Positions 21,054-30,891 of a stretch of 64,000 nucleotides of DNA are shown in pieces. Origin of the DNA: an archaeon (lineage in GTDB: Archaea > Iainarchaeota > Iainarchaeia > Iainarchaeales > 1-14-0-10-31-34). Numbering within the stretch: position 1 is the first letter of the stretch; every line of letters begins with the position of its first letter. Made by a program: the position numbers and the translations under genes. The notes beneath the pieces were generated by a model that made no database searches, was not told where the DNA came from, and saw nothing but the letters and a program-made list of their open reading frames with translations. The stretch is taken from NCBI GenBank assembly GCA_043819075.1, contig JBDRFE010000002.1:66253-130252 (forward strand). The letters are read 5' to 3'.

Positions 21054-21479
21054 ATGCCTCAAAGAATTTACCTTGACTCAAATGTATTGATTTCTTTGTT
21101 AAGGGATGAAATTGACAAAAGCTTCAGGCTTCTTTCAGCTGAAGCACAGCAGTTTTTTGATTACGCAAGAAAGCATGGCGGCATTCTTGTTTTGTCAGAT
21201 TTGTTTTACAAAGAAATCAAAGACATAATCAAACTGGATAAAAAATCAGTAAATCAGTTTTTCTTTTCAGTTAAAGTATTTTTTGAGGAAACTGAATTCG
21301 CTGAACAAGATTTTAGAGAATCAAAAAAACTAGAATCTTTTGGAGTGCATTATCCTGACTCGCTTCATGCGGCAATTGCAATCAGGACAAAATGTAATTC
21401 TATTGCAACTTTTAATTCAAAAGACTTTAAAGGACTTAGAGAAAAGATTAAGGTTGTTGAACCAAGAGACTTTATTTGA
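21054..21479 (+). CDS. PIN-domain (VapC-like) nuclease
   Basis: IYLDSNVLI N-terminal Asp, conserved acidic positions (DSLHAAIA, FNSKDF); preceded by the shared TCACCGGCAGTC promoter motif. Confidence 0.65.
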   Translation: MPQRIYLDSNVLISLLRDEIDKSFRLLSAEAQQFFDYARKHGGILVLSDLFYKEIKDIIKLDKKSVNQFFFSVKVFFEETEFAEQDFRESKKLESFGVHYPDSLHAAIAIRTKCNSIATFNSKDFKGLREKIKVVEPRDFI

Positions 21480-21762
21480 ATCCTTTTTCTCTCATAAATT
21501 CGTTTGCAATCCTTTCTTTTTCTTTTCTTGGAATTGAAATTGTTTTTCCATCCCAGCCTCTTGATTTAGCTTTTTTTGCCAGTCTTTTTGCAGCAGCCCT
21601 TATGTCGCTTAAATCATCGTTAAGTTTCATTAGTTCAGCTAGCTTTTCCCTTACAGCATCTTTAATGAATTCGCTTCTAGAAGAATACAATTTAGAAGAT
21701 TTAATTACTGTGTCAAGGGTTTTCACATACTCTGAATCCACAGCAACAGTTAATGTTTTCAT
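21472..21762 (-). CDS. Ribbon-helix-helix (CopG-family) DNA-binding protein
   Basis: LTVAVDSEYVKTLD...SRSEFIKDAVREKL is a canonical RHH beta-strand plus helix; convergent with the PIN gene. Confidence 0.55.
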   Translation of the reverse strand: MKTLTVAVDSEYVKTLDTVIKSSKLYSSRSEFIKDAVREKLAELMKLNDDLSDIRAAAKRLAKKAKSRGWDGKTISIPRKEKERIANEFMREKGFK

Positions 21763-21897
21763 ATTACTAACATATGAGTCAAATACTATTTAAATCTTTT
21801 TATTTTGTTTTTTTCCCGCAATGCCTTGTTATTTTAATTTTTTTTCTTTTAAACCATCTTTAAATACTTTTTCCACATAATTTTTGAGTGATTTTTT

Positions 21898-22686
21898 ATG
21901 TTTGAAGAGCATTTTGGCAAAACATTTAAGCGTGTTTTAAAAGAAATTGATGAAAAAAAAGGTTTAGTGTTTTTGGTTATTGACCCTCCTGACCAGTCTC
22001 CTGAAGAAGCAGGAATAATAGCTGAGTTAGCTGAGAAAGCAGGAGTTTCTGCTTTTGCTGTTGGAGGTTCTGTTGGAGCACAAGGCTCTACTTTAGATAA
22101 AACCATTAAAGAAATCAAATCAAATTCTTCTCTGCCTGTCATATTGTTCCCAGGAAATATTGCTACTTTAAGCCCTAAAGCTGATGCAGCTTATTTTATG
22201 TCAATGCTTAATTCAAGGGACCCTTATTTTATTTCCGGGGCGCAGACTGCTTCTTCGCTTCCAATAAAAAAAATGAAGTTAGAGACTATTCCGACTTCTT
22301 ATCTTGTTTTTGAGCCAGGAAAAGCTGTTGGCTGGATTGGCCAGGCTAATTTGATTCCAAGAGATGTTCCATACATTGGGGTGGCAGCTGCTCTGGCAGG
22401 ACAGTTCATGGGCTCTCATTTAGTTATACTTGAATCTGGTTCTGGTGCACCTTCCTGTGTTCCTCCTGAAAACGTTAAAGCAATTGCTTCTGTAATTGAC
22501 ATTCCGATTGTTGTTGCAGGAGGCGTTAAAACCCCTAAACTGGCTTTTGATGCAATTTCTGCCGGAGCATCAATTGTTCATGTCGGTACAGCAATAGATA
22601 ATGTGCATAAAAACAAATCCAAGGCATTAGAGTTAATGAAAGAGTTTGTTGCTTCAGCTGAAAAAGGCGGAAAAAACAGGAACTAG
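21898..22686 (+). CDS. Geranylgeranylglyceryl phosphate synthase (PcrB/GGGPS family)
   Basis: TIM-barrel GGGPS signatures (LVFLVIDPPD, FAVGGS, ILFPGN, VVAGGVKT); archaeal ether-lipid marker. Confidence 0.8.
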   Translation: MFEEHFGKTFKRVLKEIDEKKGLVFLVIDPPDQSPEEAGIIAELAEKAGVSAFAVGGSVGAQGSTLDKTIKEIKSNSSLPVILFPGNIATLSPKADAAYFMSMLNSRDPYFISGAQTASSLPIKKMKLETIPTSYLVFEPGKAVGWIGQANLIPRDVPYIGVAAALAGQFMGSHLVILESGSGAPSCVPPENVKAIASVIDIPIVVAGGVKTPKLAFDAISAGASIVHVGTAIDNVHKNKSKALELMKEFVASAEKGGKNRN

Positions 22687-23567
22687 TTTTTTGCGTTTAA
22701 TTCTTTTATTGTTTCTTTTACTGCGTCTTCAGTTGAATACTTTGCTTTCCATCCCAGTTTATTTATTTTTTCTGTTGAATAATTTCTTTCCCTTACAAGC
22801 CTTTGAATGTATTCATTCCTTAAAATAGAGCTTCCTTTAAAGAAAGCATAAATTCTTGCAAGGAAAACCGGAAGCACTTTAATTTTTTTTTCTATTCCTA
22901 GTTCTTTTTGGATTAAACAATATAAGTTAACAAGTTTTTTTGGCTTTTCTTCTGCCACAATAAATGTCTCGTTTTCTGTTTCAGCTTTCTTTAAACAAAA
23001 AAGTATTGCTGAAACCAAGTCCTTGTAATAGATTACCTGAAAATTATTTTTTCCTTCGCCAATCAACGGAAACCCTTTTTTTATTAATTCAGTTATCTGT
23101 TTCCAGTACTTGTTTGGCCCTAAAACAAGTGCGCTCCGGATTATTGTAATTGGGATTAGCTCCTGGAATTCATTGACTTTTTTTTCTGCTTCAGCTTTTG
23201 TTTTCTCGTATTTTGTTTGTGGATTCAAAGAAGTGTTTTCATCCGCCTGCTTTGTTATGTTTCCCATTACCCCTACTGTACTCAAGTAAATGAATTTTTT
23301 TATTTTGAATTCAACGCATTTCTCTAAAAGCAGTTCAGTTCCTTTTACATTAACTGTATTTAATTCTTCCAGTGTTTTGCTTTCATCAAGGAGTGCTGCT
23401 AAATGAATGACTATTTCAGCTCCCTTTAATGCATCCAAATCTTTTGGGTTCAATAAATTCTGTCCTTTGCTTAAATCAAACTCTATTGTATTATGTTTTT
23501 CTTTTCTCAGCTCTTTTAAAAGCTCTTTTCCGATGAATCCAGCTGAACCAGTTACAAGAATATTCAT
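22683..23567 (-). CDS. NAD-dependent epimerase/dehydratase (extended SDR)
   Basis: MNILVTGSAGFIGKEL Rossmann motif. Confidence 0.7.
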   Translation of the reverse strand: MNILVTGSAGFIGKELLKELRKEKHNTIEFDLSKGQNLLNPKDLDALKGAEIVIHLAALLDESKTLEELNTVNVKGTELLLEKCVEFKIKKFIYLSTVGVMGNITKQADENTSLNPQTKYEKTKAEAEKKVNEFQELIPITIIRSALVLGPNKYWKQITELIKKGFPLIGEGKNNFQVIYYKDLVSAILFCLKKAETENETFIVAEEKPKKLVNLYCLIQKELGIEKKIKVLPVFLARIYAFFKGSSILRNEYIQRLVRERNYSTEKINKLGWKAKYSTEDAVKETIKELNAKN

Positions 23568-23627
23568 TTAATCACTTAAAGTTTAGGTAAAAATCTTATT
23601 ATTAATTTTATTGTATTAAATGCTTTT

Positions 23628-24437
23628 ATGCCTAGGCCTGTGAAGAAAAGAAAGTTAGTTGGTGGAAGAAAACCTTCTTCAAGAACGCCTTTGCTTAGAA
23701 GCCTCCCGGCCAAAAAACCTAAAGCGTATTCACCTCCAACCAAGATGCTTTCTTTGCTTAAAAAAACTCTTTCTGATTGGAGTTCTTTGAAGTTTAGTGA
23801 TTTTAAGTCTTTTTCTTTGCTGTCAGAAAACCAGACTATTTTTTTGTGGGGCAGGCAGCACCCACTAAGAAAAGAGTTTATTTTTGGCAAAGGGCTCGCA
23901 CATCCTTTAGTTTCGCTTTTGGTTGCAAACAAAATTGTTGTTGAAAGAAATAAAACTTTAAAACAAATTGCAATAGAAGCATCTGAAATTCTTTCAAAGC
24001 GCTTTCATAGGCCTTTTAAGTTAAGTGAAAATTTTGTGAATTTAGTTAACAAAATTTTTCGGTTAAGGTCGCGTGAAGAACTGCAAAGAAAAGGAAAATG
24101 GGGCGGGGCAAGAGAAGAATTGTCTGATGCTATGAGAGCATCAATTATTAATGACTTAAAAACTTCTCGCTTGTCAATAAAAAAAATTGCAGAAAAATGT
24201 GGTGTTTCTTGGTTTTCAGTGTATTCACTTGGTGTTAATGAAGAAATCATAAAACCCAAACTAAACGAAAAGAGAGGTGTTAGGGTTCCTTTGGAAAAAG
24301 AAGCTCTTATCAGAAAACTCATTGAACAAGGAGAGCTGAATGATAAGCAGATAGCAGAACAAGCTGGCGTAAGCCATTATACAGTTTATATAAAAAGAAC
24401 AGGAAAAAACTATTACAAGCGCGCATCTTCTGCCTGA
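23628..24437 (+). CDS. Basic protein with two C-terminal helix-turn-helix repeats, function unknown
   Basis: Duplicated IAEKCGVSWFSVYS / IAEQAGVSHYTVYI HTH-like units; basic N-terminus; start uncertain. Confidence 0.4.
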   Translation: MPRPVKKRKLVGGRKPSSRTPLLRSLPAKKPKAYSPPTKMLSLLKKTLSDWSSLKFSDFKSFSLLSENQTIFLWGRQHPLRKEFIFGKGLAHPLVSLLVANKIVVERNKTLKQIAIEASEILSKRFHRPFKLSENFVNLVNKIFRLRSREELQRKGKWGGAREELSDAMRASIINDLKTSRLSIKKIAEKCGVSWFSVYSLGVNEEIIKPKLNEKRGVRVPLEKEALIRKLIEQGELNDKQIAEQAGVSHYTVYIKRTGKNYYKRASSA

Positions 24438-24478
24438 TTAAACATTTATTATTAATTTATTCCTTATAAAGTTAATTC

Positions 24479-25537
24479 ATGCAAAAAGATTTAATTCAGA
24501 TTGACGGCCGCTCTGGCGGGCAATGCCTTAGGACAGCAATTTCTTTGTCTTCTGTGCTGAAAAAGCCTGTTCTAGTATTCAATATTCGTGCAAACAGGCC
24601 TAAGACAGGCTTAGCCCAACAGCATTTAACCGGCTTGAATACTCTGGCAAAAATTTCTCGCGCAAAAGTAAAAGGAAATTTTTTGGGTTCAAAAAAAATT
24701 GTTTTTTACCCAAAAGAACTAAAAGACGGCAATTATTCTGTTAACATCGGCACAGCAGGCTCTATTACTTTATTGTTGCAGTCTTTAACCCTTCCATTGG
24801 TTTTTTCTGAAGCAAAAGCTTCTTTTAAAATTTTAGGCGGAACAGATGTTCCGTTTGCGCCTTCATTTAATTACACAAAAGACGTTTTTTTCCCGTTTAT
24901 TTCTTCTATGGGAGCAAAATTTTCTCTGGATTTGAAGAGAAGAGGTTATTACCCTGAAGGCAAAGGATTTGTTTTTTTCTCTAAGGCTTCATCTAATCTT
25001 CCGTTAAAACCGTTTTATAAAGTTGAACAAGGCAGGCTGAAATTCATTAAAATTATTTCGCATTCAACCGGTCTGCCAAAAGAGGCTTCAGCTAATATGC
25101 TGGCTTCAGCAAAAAAAACCCTTATAGAAAAGCTGTCCCCTGATTTTGAGGAAGTAACTGAATTCAATGAAGCAATAGATGAAAAAGGCGCTGGAATAAC
25201 TTTGATTGCATTTTTTGACGACAAAACAAGAATTGGGGTAAGTGCAGTGCAGGAAAAAAACAAGCGCCCGGGAAAGCTTGCGGCAGAAGAATTAATTAAA
25301 GAAATTGGGTCAAAAAAGCCTGTTGACATGCATTTATCCGACCAGTTAATTCCTTTCATGGCTTTAGCTAAAGGGCATTCAACTCTTGAAACCTCTTGTT
25401 TAACCCATCATACTTTAAACAATATTTCTGTTGCAGAAAAATTCCTTGACATAAAATTTGAGGTAAAAGGAAAAATAAGCGAGCCGGCTGAAATTTCTGT
25501 TGAAGGAATCTCTTTCAGGGGAACAAAAAATGAATAA
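24479..25537 (+). CDS. rtcA: RNA 3'-terminal phosphate cyclase
   Basis: IDGRSGGQCLRTAISLSSVLKKPVLVFNIRANRPKTGL matches the RtcA N-terminal signature. Confidence 0.85.
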   Translation: MQKDLIQIDGRSGGQCLRTAISLSSVLKKPVLVFNIRANRPKTGLAQQHLTGLNTLAKISRAKVKGNFLGSKKIVFYPKELKDGNYSVNIGTAGSITLLLQSLTLPLVFSEAKASFKILGGTDVPFAPSFNYTKDVFFPFISSMGAKFSLDLKRRGYYPEGKGFVFFSKASSNLPLKPFYKVEQGRLKFIKIISHSTGLPKEASANMLASAKKTLIEKLSPDFEEVTEFNEAIDEKGAGITLIAFFDDKTRIGVSAVQEKNKRPGKLAAEELIKEIGSKKPVDMHLSDQLIPFMALAKGHSTLETSCLTHHTLNNISVAEKFLDIKFEVKGKISEPAEISVEGISFRGTKNE

Positions 25538-25703
25538 GCTGTTCACCAAACTAATTGTTTTTCTTTTAATTGCATTGCTTTTGCTTATTTTTTTTCTTTC
25601 AATTTTAGGCTACACTGACATAATTAATTTCTGGATTGCAGCAGTTATTGTGACAGTTTTTGCTTTTGTTGTACTGCCAAAACTAAATAAACAAGTTAAT
25701 TAA
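25500..25703 (+). CDS. Small two-TM membrane protein (hypothetical); a likely ATG start near 25531
   Basis: Hydrophobic 57-67 aa ORF directly after rtcA. Confidence 0.3.
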   Translation: MKESLSGEQKMNKLFTKLIVFLLIALLLLIFFLSILGYTDIINFWIAAVIVTVFAFVVLPKLNKQVN

Positions 25704-26531
25704 TAGTTCAGGGAAAGCAAGGTTAATTAATACTCCTACAAAAATAAATGGCCCGAATTTTGGCAGGTTCCTGTAAACAAATATTTCTTTTATTCCTGCT
25801 TTTTCCAGTTCTTTTTTTTCTTTTTCCCCTAAAATCCCTTTTATCCCTAAATTCAGTTTTTTTATTGTGTTTTTTTCTTCGAATTCAAATGCAATTAATT
25901 CATCTTCTTCCATTTCTTTTAATGGAATTTTTTTGAGGAAAAAATTTTTTTTAATCCCTTTTTCTAATGCAATGAATACAAGTGAAATGCTTAATGGAAT
26001 CATTAAAACAATGATTATTTTTTCCATTCCCATTGAATAAATCAGGAAAAAATAAAACAAAAGCAGTATTCCGATTCCAGCGGCTTTTTTTATTCCTTCA
26101 AGGTTTTCTTTTAATTTAATTCCTTTTCTTGCATACTTTATTGTGTAATATACCCCGTAAAATACAAGTGAGCTTATTCCAGCCCAGATTAATGCGTTTA
26201 ATACAAAAATGTTTAACGGAAATACTCCTGCGTCAAATGGCAGAAGCAGTGCAATCCCGGTAAATAATTTTACGTCTCCTCCGCCGATTTTGCCTAAAAA
26301 ATACATTCCATACCCTAAAACAAAAACCAGTATTCCGACAGAAAAAAGTTCCAAGAACTTTTCAATTGAAATTTCTTTTCCTAACTCAAATAAATTCAAG
26401 AGAATTCCTGCTGCAATCATGGGATAAGTTATTTTGTCAAAAATATATCCTGTCTTGAAATCAGTGTAAGCCCCTAACAGGCTTCCGATTAAAATCACTG
26501 CCTGCCTTAACAATAAAATCATTGTAATCAC
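25683..26531 (-). CDS. Type IV prepilin/preflagellin peptidase (A24 family, PibD/FlaK-like)
   Basis: Polytopic membrane protein with the catalytic-Asp motifs (AYTDFKTGYI and GKIGGGDVKLF = GxGDxKL). Confidence 0.7.
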   Translation of the reverse strand: MITMILLLRQAVILIGSLLGAYTDFKTGYIFDKITYPMIAAGILLNLFELGKEISIEKFLELFSVGILVFVLGYGMYFLGKIGGGDVKLFTGIALLLPFDAGVFPLNIFVLNALIWAGISSLVFYGVYYTIKYARKGIKLKENLEGIKKAAGIGILLLFYFFLIYSMGMEKIIIVLMIPLSISLVFIALEKGIKKNFFLKKIPLKEMEEDELIAFEFEEKNTIKKLNLGIKGILGEKEKKELEKAGIKEIFVYRNLPKFGPFIFVGVLINLAFPELLINLFI

Positions 26532-26800
26532 TTTAAATTAAACAAAGAAAAGGTTAAAAAAGACTGAAACCATTATTTTTTCAGGTAATTAAATGCCTTT
26601 AACAAAAAGAAACATTAAACCGCGTTTTAGGATTGATGAATGGAATTTAAGGAGTTCTGCAGACCAGAGCACCCAAAAGCTTGCAAGAAAGTTCAGTAGC
26701 CAGCCAAGGCATTCGCTGAAAGTGTTCTTGAATATTGCAAGAAGCCATGGCTTTACTGCTTCTGAAGCAATGAAATTGTGGCAAAAAACGCAAAAATAAT

Positions 26801-27331
26801 TTATTCAAAGAATTCTTTGCTTACTATTCCCATTAAAGCCATTAACACAGCCATTTCATTGAATTTTGTGCGGTCAACTTTTCTTTTAGTTAATTCTCCT
26901 ACTGCGCCCTGTTTTTTTCCAATGTCTTTTTCTTTTCCGAATAATTTTGCAAAAGCAGTATTAACATCGTCTTTTCCCTGTAGCAGTAAATAAGTCGCTT
27001 TTTTTGGGTACTTAAATAAAGGGCTTGTTCCGAAAAAAAATTCTTTTCCGTCAAATATTGCTGCAACAGTTATTTCCATGTAATCCAGCCCTGCAGGAAA
27101 ATAATGTATTCCTGATTCAATTCCCACAGAATAATTACAATTGCCTTGCGTGAACGCTTTTTCTGCCCTTGTTTTTGCCCCATTAACTATTTCAATTAAA
27201 TTTAATGGCTGTTCCCTGATTGTAGTTTTAGTTTCAGTTCCTTTTACTTCAACTTTTTTGAAATAGTTTTCAAAAGCATTTTTTACTGCCTTTATTTTTA
27301 CAGGGTTAGCTGAACCAACATTTATTTTCAT
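26801..27331 (-). CDS. Non-canonical purine NTP phosphatase (inosine/xanthosine triphosphatase, YjjX/DUF84 family)
   Basis: MKINVGSANPVKIKAVKNAF N-terminus typical of the ITPase-like DUF84 family. Confidence 0.6.
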   Translation of the reverse strand: MKINVGSANPVKIKAVKNAFENYFKKVEVKGTETKTTIREQPLNLIEIVNGAKTRAEKAFTQGNCNYSVGIESGIHYFPAGLDYMEITVAAIFDGKEFFFGTSPLFKYPKKATYLLLQGKDDVNTAFAKLFGKEKDIGKKQGAVGELTKRKVDRTKFNEMAVLMALMGIVSKEFFE

Positions 27332-27335
27332 TTAA

Positions 27336-28004
27336 TCACCTTTTTTGTTTTTTTTCTATTCTTCTCCTTGTTTCCTGTATTCTTGTTTCTTCTATTTCTT
27401 TTAATCTTTTCCAGACTGTTGCGGTCTGGAGTTTTCTCCTAAAATACTGTAATCCTTTTTTTGTCATTCCGCCTTCAGGTTTTAAATAGCCTTTTTGCAT
27501 CATTTCTTTTTCCCATGCAGGTATTTGTGTTGCAGTTCTTTTTTCTGGAGGAGACGCCCACAACAATAATGTTGCATCTTCTCCGTGGCTTTTGATTAAT
27601 TGTAATGTACTTGCATAACCCTCTTTTTTAGAATCCAAATGTAATGATCTATTAATAGCAGTATCTGCTGTTTCTTCAGGGCTTGCATTTGTGGGTTCAG
27701 TAAAGTTGCTTCTCATTTTCCTGCGTTCCTTTATTTTTTGCTTTTCTATTTTTGGATTTTTCTGGTACCTGTTTCCGTCTGGAAACATTATTAGGTTTTG
27801 GAGGCCGTGCCTTATTTCATGTTCATCTAATTTTTGGTTTCCTGTTAAATGCACTGCGTGACTGGCGGGATCATAGTAACCAAAATAATTTACAAAGTTC
27901 TTGTACTTACGAGGCATCAAATTTTTTACCGGCACCCCTGCTATCTGAGAAAAACGTCTGAAAAGCCTATCAGTGTATGTTTTTCTTCTAACAGGTTTTT
28001 TCAT
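27336..28004 (-). CDS. Hypothetical basic protein with an HExxH motif
   Basis: DEHEIRHG zinc-metalloprotease-like motif; otherwise not recognised. Confidence 0.35.
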   Translation of the reverse strand: MKKPVRRKTYTDRLFRRFSQIAGVPVKNLMPRKYKNFVNYFGYYDPASHAVHLTGNQKLDEHEIRHGLQNLIMFPDGNRYQKNPKIEKQKIKERRKMRSNFTEPTNASPEETADTAINRSLHLDSKKEGYASTLQLIKSHGEDATLLLWASPPEKRTATQIPAWEKEMMQKGYLKPEGGMTKKGLQYFRRKLQTATVWKRLKEIEETRIQETRRRIEKKQKR

Positions 28005-28008
28005 CTTT

Positions 28009-29355
28009 TCACCTGAATTTCACTTTTTTTTGTTTTCCGAATTTTTTCATTAATTTTTCCATTGCACCTTTTTTTTGCAATGCTTCCGGGTCAGACAGTT
28101 TTTTCATCTGCTTGAACATTTTCTTCATTTTCTTGTATTGCTTGATTAATTCTCTTACATCTTCTTCTTTTTTTCCAGAACCTTTTGCTATTCTTAAAAT
28201 CCTTGAATGATTTAATACTTCAGGATCTAATTTTTCTTTTTTTGTCATTGAATCCATTATTTGCTTGAATGAATCCAGTTTTTCTTCACCTAACTGCATT
28301 TGTTCTTTTGGAATCTGCTGGCTTAAGCCCATCATTTCCATTACCTTATTCAATGGACCCATTTTTCTTGCAGCCTTTAATTGCTTGTAAAATACATCTA
28401 AATTGAATTCTTTTTTCATTAATTCTTCTAAGTCAACTTCCTCGAATTCAGTTGCTTCTTTGACTTTTTCCAATAACCCTTGTAAATCGCCGTAACCCAT
28501 GATTCTGCTTAAATACCTTGTTGCATCAAATTCTTCCAAGTCATTCATTTTTTCTCCGGTTCCAATAAAATAAACCGGCGCTTTAGTAATAGAACAGGCA
28601 ATTAATGCTCCTCCTCCTTTGGCTGAACCGTCCATTTTAGTCAAAATTACGCCGTTTACTCCGACGCTTTCATGGAATGCTTTGGTTTGTTTTCCTGCTA
28701 TCTGGCCTATATCTGCTCCCAGTACAAGCAGGGTTAAATCCGGCTTTAAAGCTGAATTAATTTCTTTTATTTCTTTAACTAATTTTTCATCCAAAGAGCT
28801 TCTTCCGGCTGAATCAACGATGATTAAATCAAATTCCCTGAATTTTTTCATTCCTTCTTCTACGACTTTTGCGGCATTTTTTTCTTCTTCTAATCCAAAA
28901 AAAGGCACTTCAATTTTTTCTGACAGCTGTTTTAACTGCTCGAAAGCCGCAGGACGAAAAGTGTCAGCGCAGATTAATCCGACTTTTTTTCCTCTGTTTG
29001 AATAATATTTTGCCAGCTTGCCTGAAGTAGTTGTTTTTCCTGCTCCAAACAATCCAAGCATTAAAATTTTTTCAGGAGTTTTTTCTAATACAGGTTTTTT
29101 TCCGCCTAAAGCTTCTGCTAAAATATCGTAAGTGTTTTTTACAATAAACTCTCTTCTGTTGATTCCTGTTGGAAGGTCTTTGAATGCTGTTTCTTCAATT
29201 CTTTTTGTTAGCTGAAGCACTAATTCTATTTGCACATCAGATGAAATTAATGCTCTCTGAATTTCTTTGCTTACTTCTTTTACTGTATTCTTGTCTAACA
29301 AAGAAGAATTCCTTATTTTTTCCATTGCATTCCTTAACTGTTCGCCTAAACCCAT
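28009..29355 (-). CDS. srp54: Signal recognition particle protein SRP54
   Basis: N domain, G domain (GLFGAGKTTTSGKLA, DTFRPAA), Met-rich M domain (GPLNKVMEMMGL). Confidence 0.9.
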   Translation of the reverse strand: MGLGEQLRNAMEKIRNSSLLDKNTVKEVSKEIQRALISSDVQIELVLQLTKRIEETAFKDLPTGINRREFIVKNTYDILAEALGGKKPVLEKTPEKILMLGLFGAGKTTTSGKLAKYYSNRGKKVGLICADTFRPAAFEQLKQLSEKIEVPFFGLEEEKNAAKVVEEGMKKFREFDLIIVDSAGRSSLDEKLVKEIKEINSALKPDLTLLVLGADIGQIAGKQTKAFHESVGVNGVILTKMDGSAKGGGALIACSITKAPVYFIGTGEKMNDLEEFDATRYLSRIMGYGDLQGLLEKVKEATEFEEVDLEELMKKEFNLDVFYKQLKAARKMGPLNKVMEMMGLSQQIPKEQMQLGEEKLDSFKQIMDSMTKKEKLDPEVLNHSRILRIAKGSGKKEEDVRELIKQYKKMKKMFKQMKKLSDPEALQKKGAMEKLMKKFGKQKKVKFR

Positions 29356-29410
29356 TTAAATCACTTTACAAAATAGTTTCTGAGAGGAAATTAATTAATA
29401 GTTTTGCAAT

Positions 29411-30880
29411 TCATTTAATGATTCTGTCTGTAATGAATTTTGGCGTGAACTCAATTAAATCCTCGTAACCTTGTCCTGTGCCGACAAAAATAACTGGTTT
29501 TTTTAGCTCGCTAACCAAAGAAATTGCTGTTCCGCCTTTTGCGTCAGTATCAATTTTAGTTAAAATAAATCCGTCAAACCCTATTTTTTCGTTGAATTCT
29601 TTTGCCTGCAAAAACAAAGAATTTCCTGCCATTGCCTCGCCTACAAAAATCTTTAAGTCAGGCTTAACTACTTTATCAATTTTTTTGAGTTCATTCATTA
29701 AATTCATGTTAGTGTCCTGTCTTCCTGCAGAGTCAATCAGCACCAAGTCAATGTTTTTTGCTTCAGCTGCTTTTACTGCATCAAATGCTACTGCAGCTGG
29801 ATCGCTTCCATACTGGTGTTTTACTAATCTTACGCCAATTCTTTCAGAGTGCTTTTCAATTTGTTCAATTGAAGCAGCACGAAAAGTGTCTGCTGCCGCA
29901 AGAATAACTGTTGTTCCCTGTTTTTTAAACTTAAATGCAATTTTTGCAATAGAAGTTGTTTTTCCCGCGCCATTTGGCCCTAAAAAAAGTATTACAAAAG
30001 GCTTTTTTGAACTCATTTTTTCTTTGAGGTTAATCTGCGGGGCATCCATTATTCTTTCAAGAATCAATGCAATCTCTTTTTTTAATTCCTCTGAAATGTT
30101 TTTTCCTGAAATCTCTTTTCCGATTAATTCTTTTTTTATTTCTTTCACAATTTTTTCAGCAGTCTGCTGTTCTACATCTGATTCAAGCAAAGCCAGCTCA
30201 AATTCTTCCAAAAAATCTTTTACGTCTTTTTCTTCTATTTTTATTTTTCCTGTGAAAAACTTTTTTATTCCTGAAGTAAGCGAAACTTTTGCCTTTAATT
30301 CTCTTTCCTTCAGCAAATCTGTTTCAGCTTTTTTCTGCGCCCAGGTTTTTTCAAGTTCAGGTTTTCCTGTTCTTTCTTCTGTTTCTTCTTCCTGTTTTTC
30401 CTGAACTTCTCTTCCTGTTTTTTTTTCTTCCAGTTCTTTTTCAATTTCTTCTTCAAATTCTTCTTCAAAAACAGGCTCTGCTTTTTCAGTTAAAGCTTCT
30501 TTTTCAGCTTTTTCTTTTATCTGCCTTTCTTTTTTTTCTTCAAATTCTTTTACTGCTTCTTTTCTTTCCTTTTTTTTCCCAGCATCTTTTTCCAGTTCTT
30601 CTTGTCTTTCTTTTTCCTTTATTTCAGCCAAAACTTCTTTTTCTTCTTCTGTCAAGCCTTCTTCCAGTTCAAGTTCTTCTTCTGCAACAGGAATTTTTTC
30701 TTTTTTTAATTCTTCTTTTAATTCAGTTTCTTTTTCTTCTTTAATCAATTCAATTAATTCTTTTTTTGTTTCTTCAGCAGGCTTGCCTTCTTCTCTTAGA
30801 ACCAGTTCTTCTTTTTTTTCAAGCTTGCTTTTAACTTTTTCTGCAAAAGAATCAATTTTTTTTTTCAGGAAGCCAAACAT
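29411..30880 (-). CDS. ftsY: SRP receptor FtsY with a long acidic/Lys-rich N-terminal domain
   Basis: NG domain (FLGPNGAGKTTSIAKIA, DTFRAAS, TKIDTDAKGG). Confidence 0.9.
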   Translation of the reverse strand: MFGFLKKKIDSFAEKVKSKLEKKEELVLREEGKPAEETKKELIELIKEEKETELKEELKKEKIPVAEEELELEEGLTEEEKEVLAEIKEKERQEELEKDAGKKKERKEAVKEFEEKKERQIKEKAEKEALTEKAEPVFEEEFEEEIEKELEEKKTGREVQEKQEEETEERTGKPELEKTWAQKKAETDLLKERELKAKVSLTSGIKKFFTGKIKIEEKDVKDFLEEFELALLESDVEQQTAEKIVKEIKKELIGKEISGKNISEELKKEIALILERIMDAPQINLKEKMSSKKPFVILFLGPNGAGKTTSIAKIAFKFKKQGTTVILAAADTFRAASIEQIEKHSERIGVRLVKHQYGSDPAAVAFDAVKAAEAKNIDLVLIDSAGRQDTNMNLMNELKKIDKVVKPDLKIFVGEAMAGNSLFLQAKEFNEKIGFDGFILTKIDTDAKGGTAISLVSELKKPVIFVGTGQGYEDLIEFTPKFITDRIIK

Positions 30881-30891
30881 ATTAATCTCAA

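Noticed and set aside
21054-21762. PIN plus RHH as a VapBC toxin-antitoxin operon
   Set aside because: The two genes are convergent (opposite strands, 3' ends overlapping), not co-transcribed. Kept as separate genes.
25490-25540. Exact boundaries of the rtcA stop and the following small ORF
   Set aside because: My hand count of the printed rows in this stretch disagrees by one base with the ORF-track arithmetic. I deferred to the track coordinates and did not report any feature that depends on this junction.
29411-30880. Periodic repeats in ftsY, rad50, rpl31e and dnaG as possible CRISPR or tandem-repeat arrays
   Set aside because: All are in-frame coding repeats (Glu/Lys coiled-coil or RPxFDS linkers) inside recognisable genes. 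No regular repeat-spacer organisation, and no cas genes in the window.
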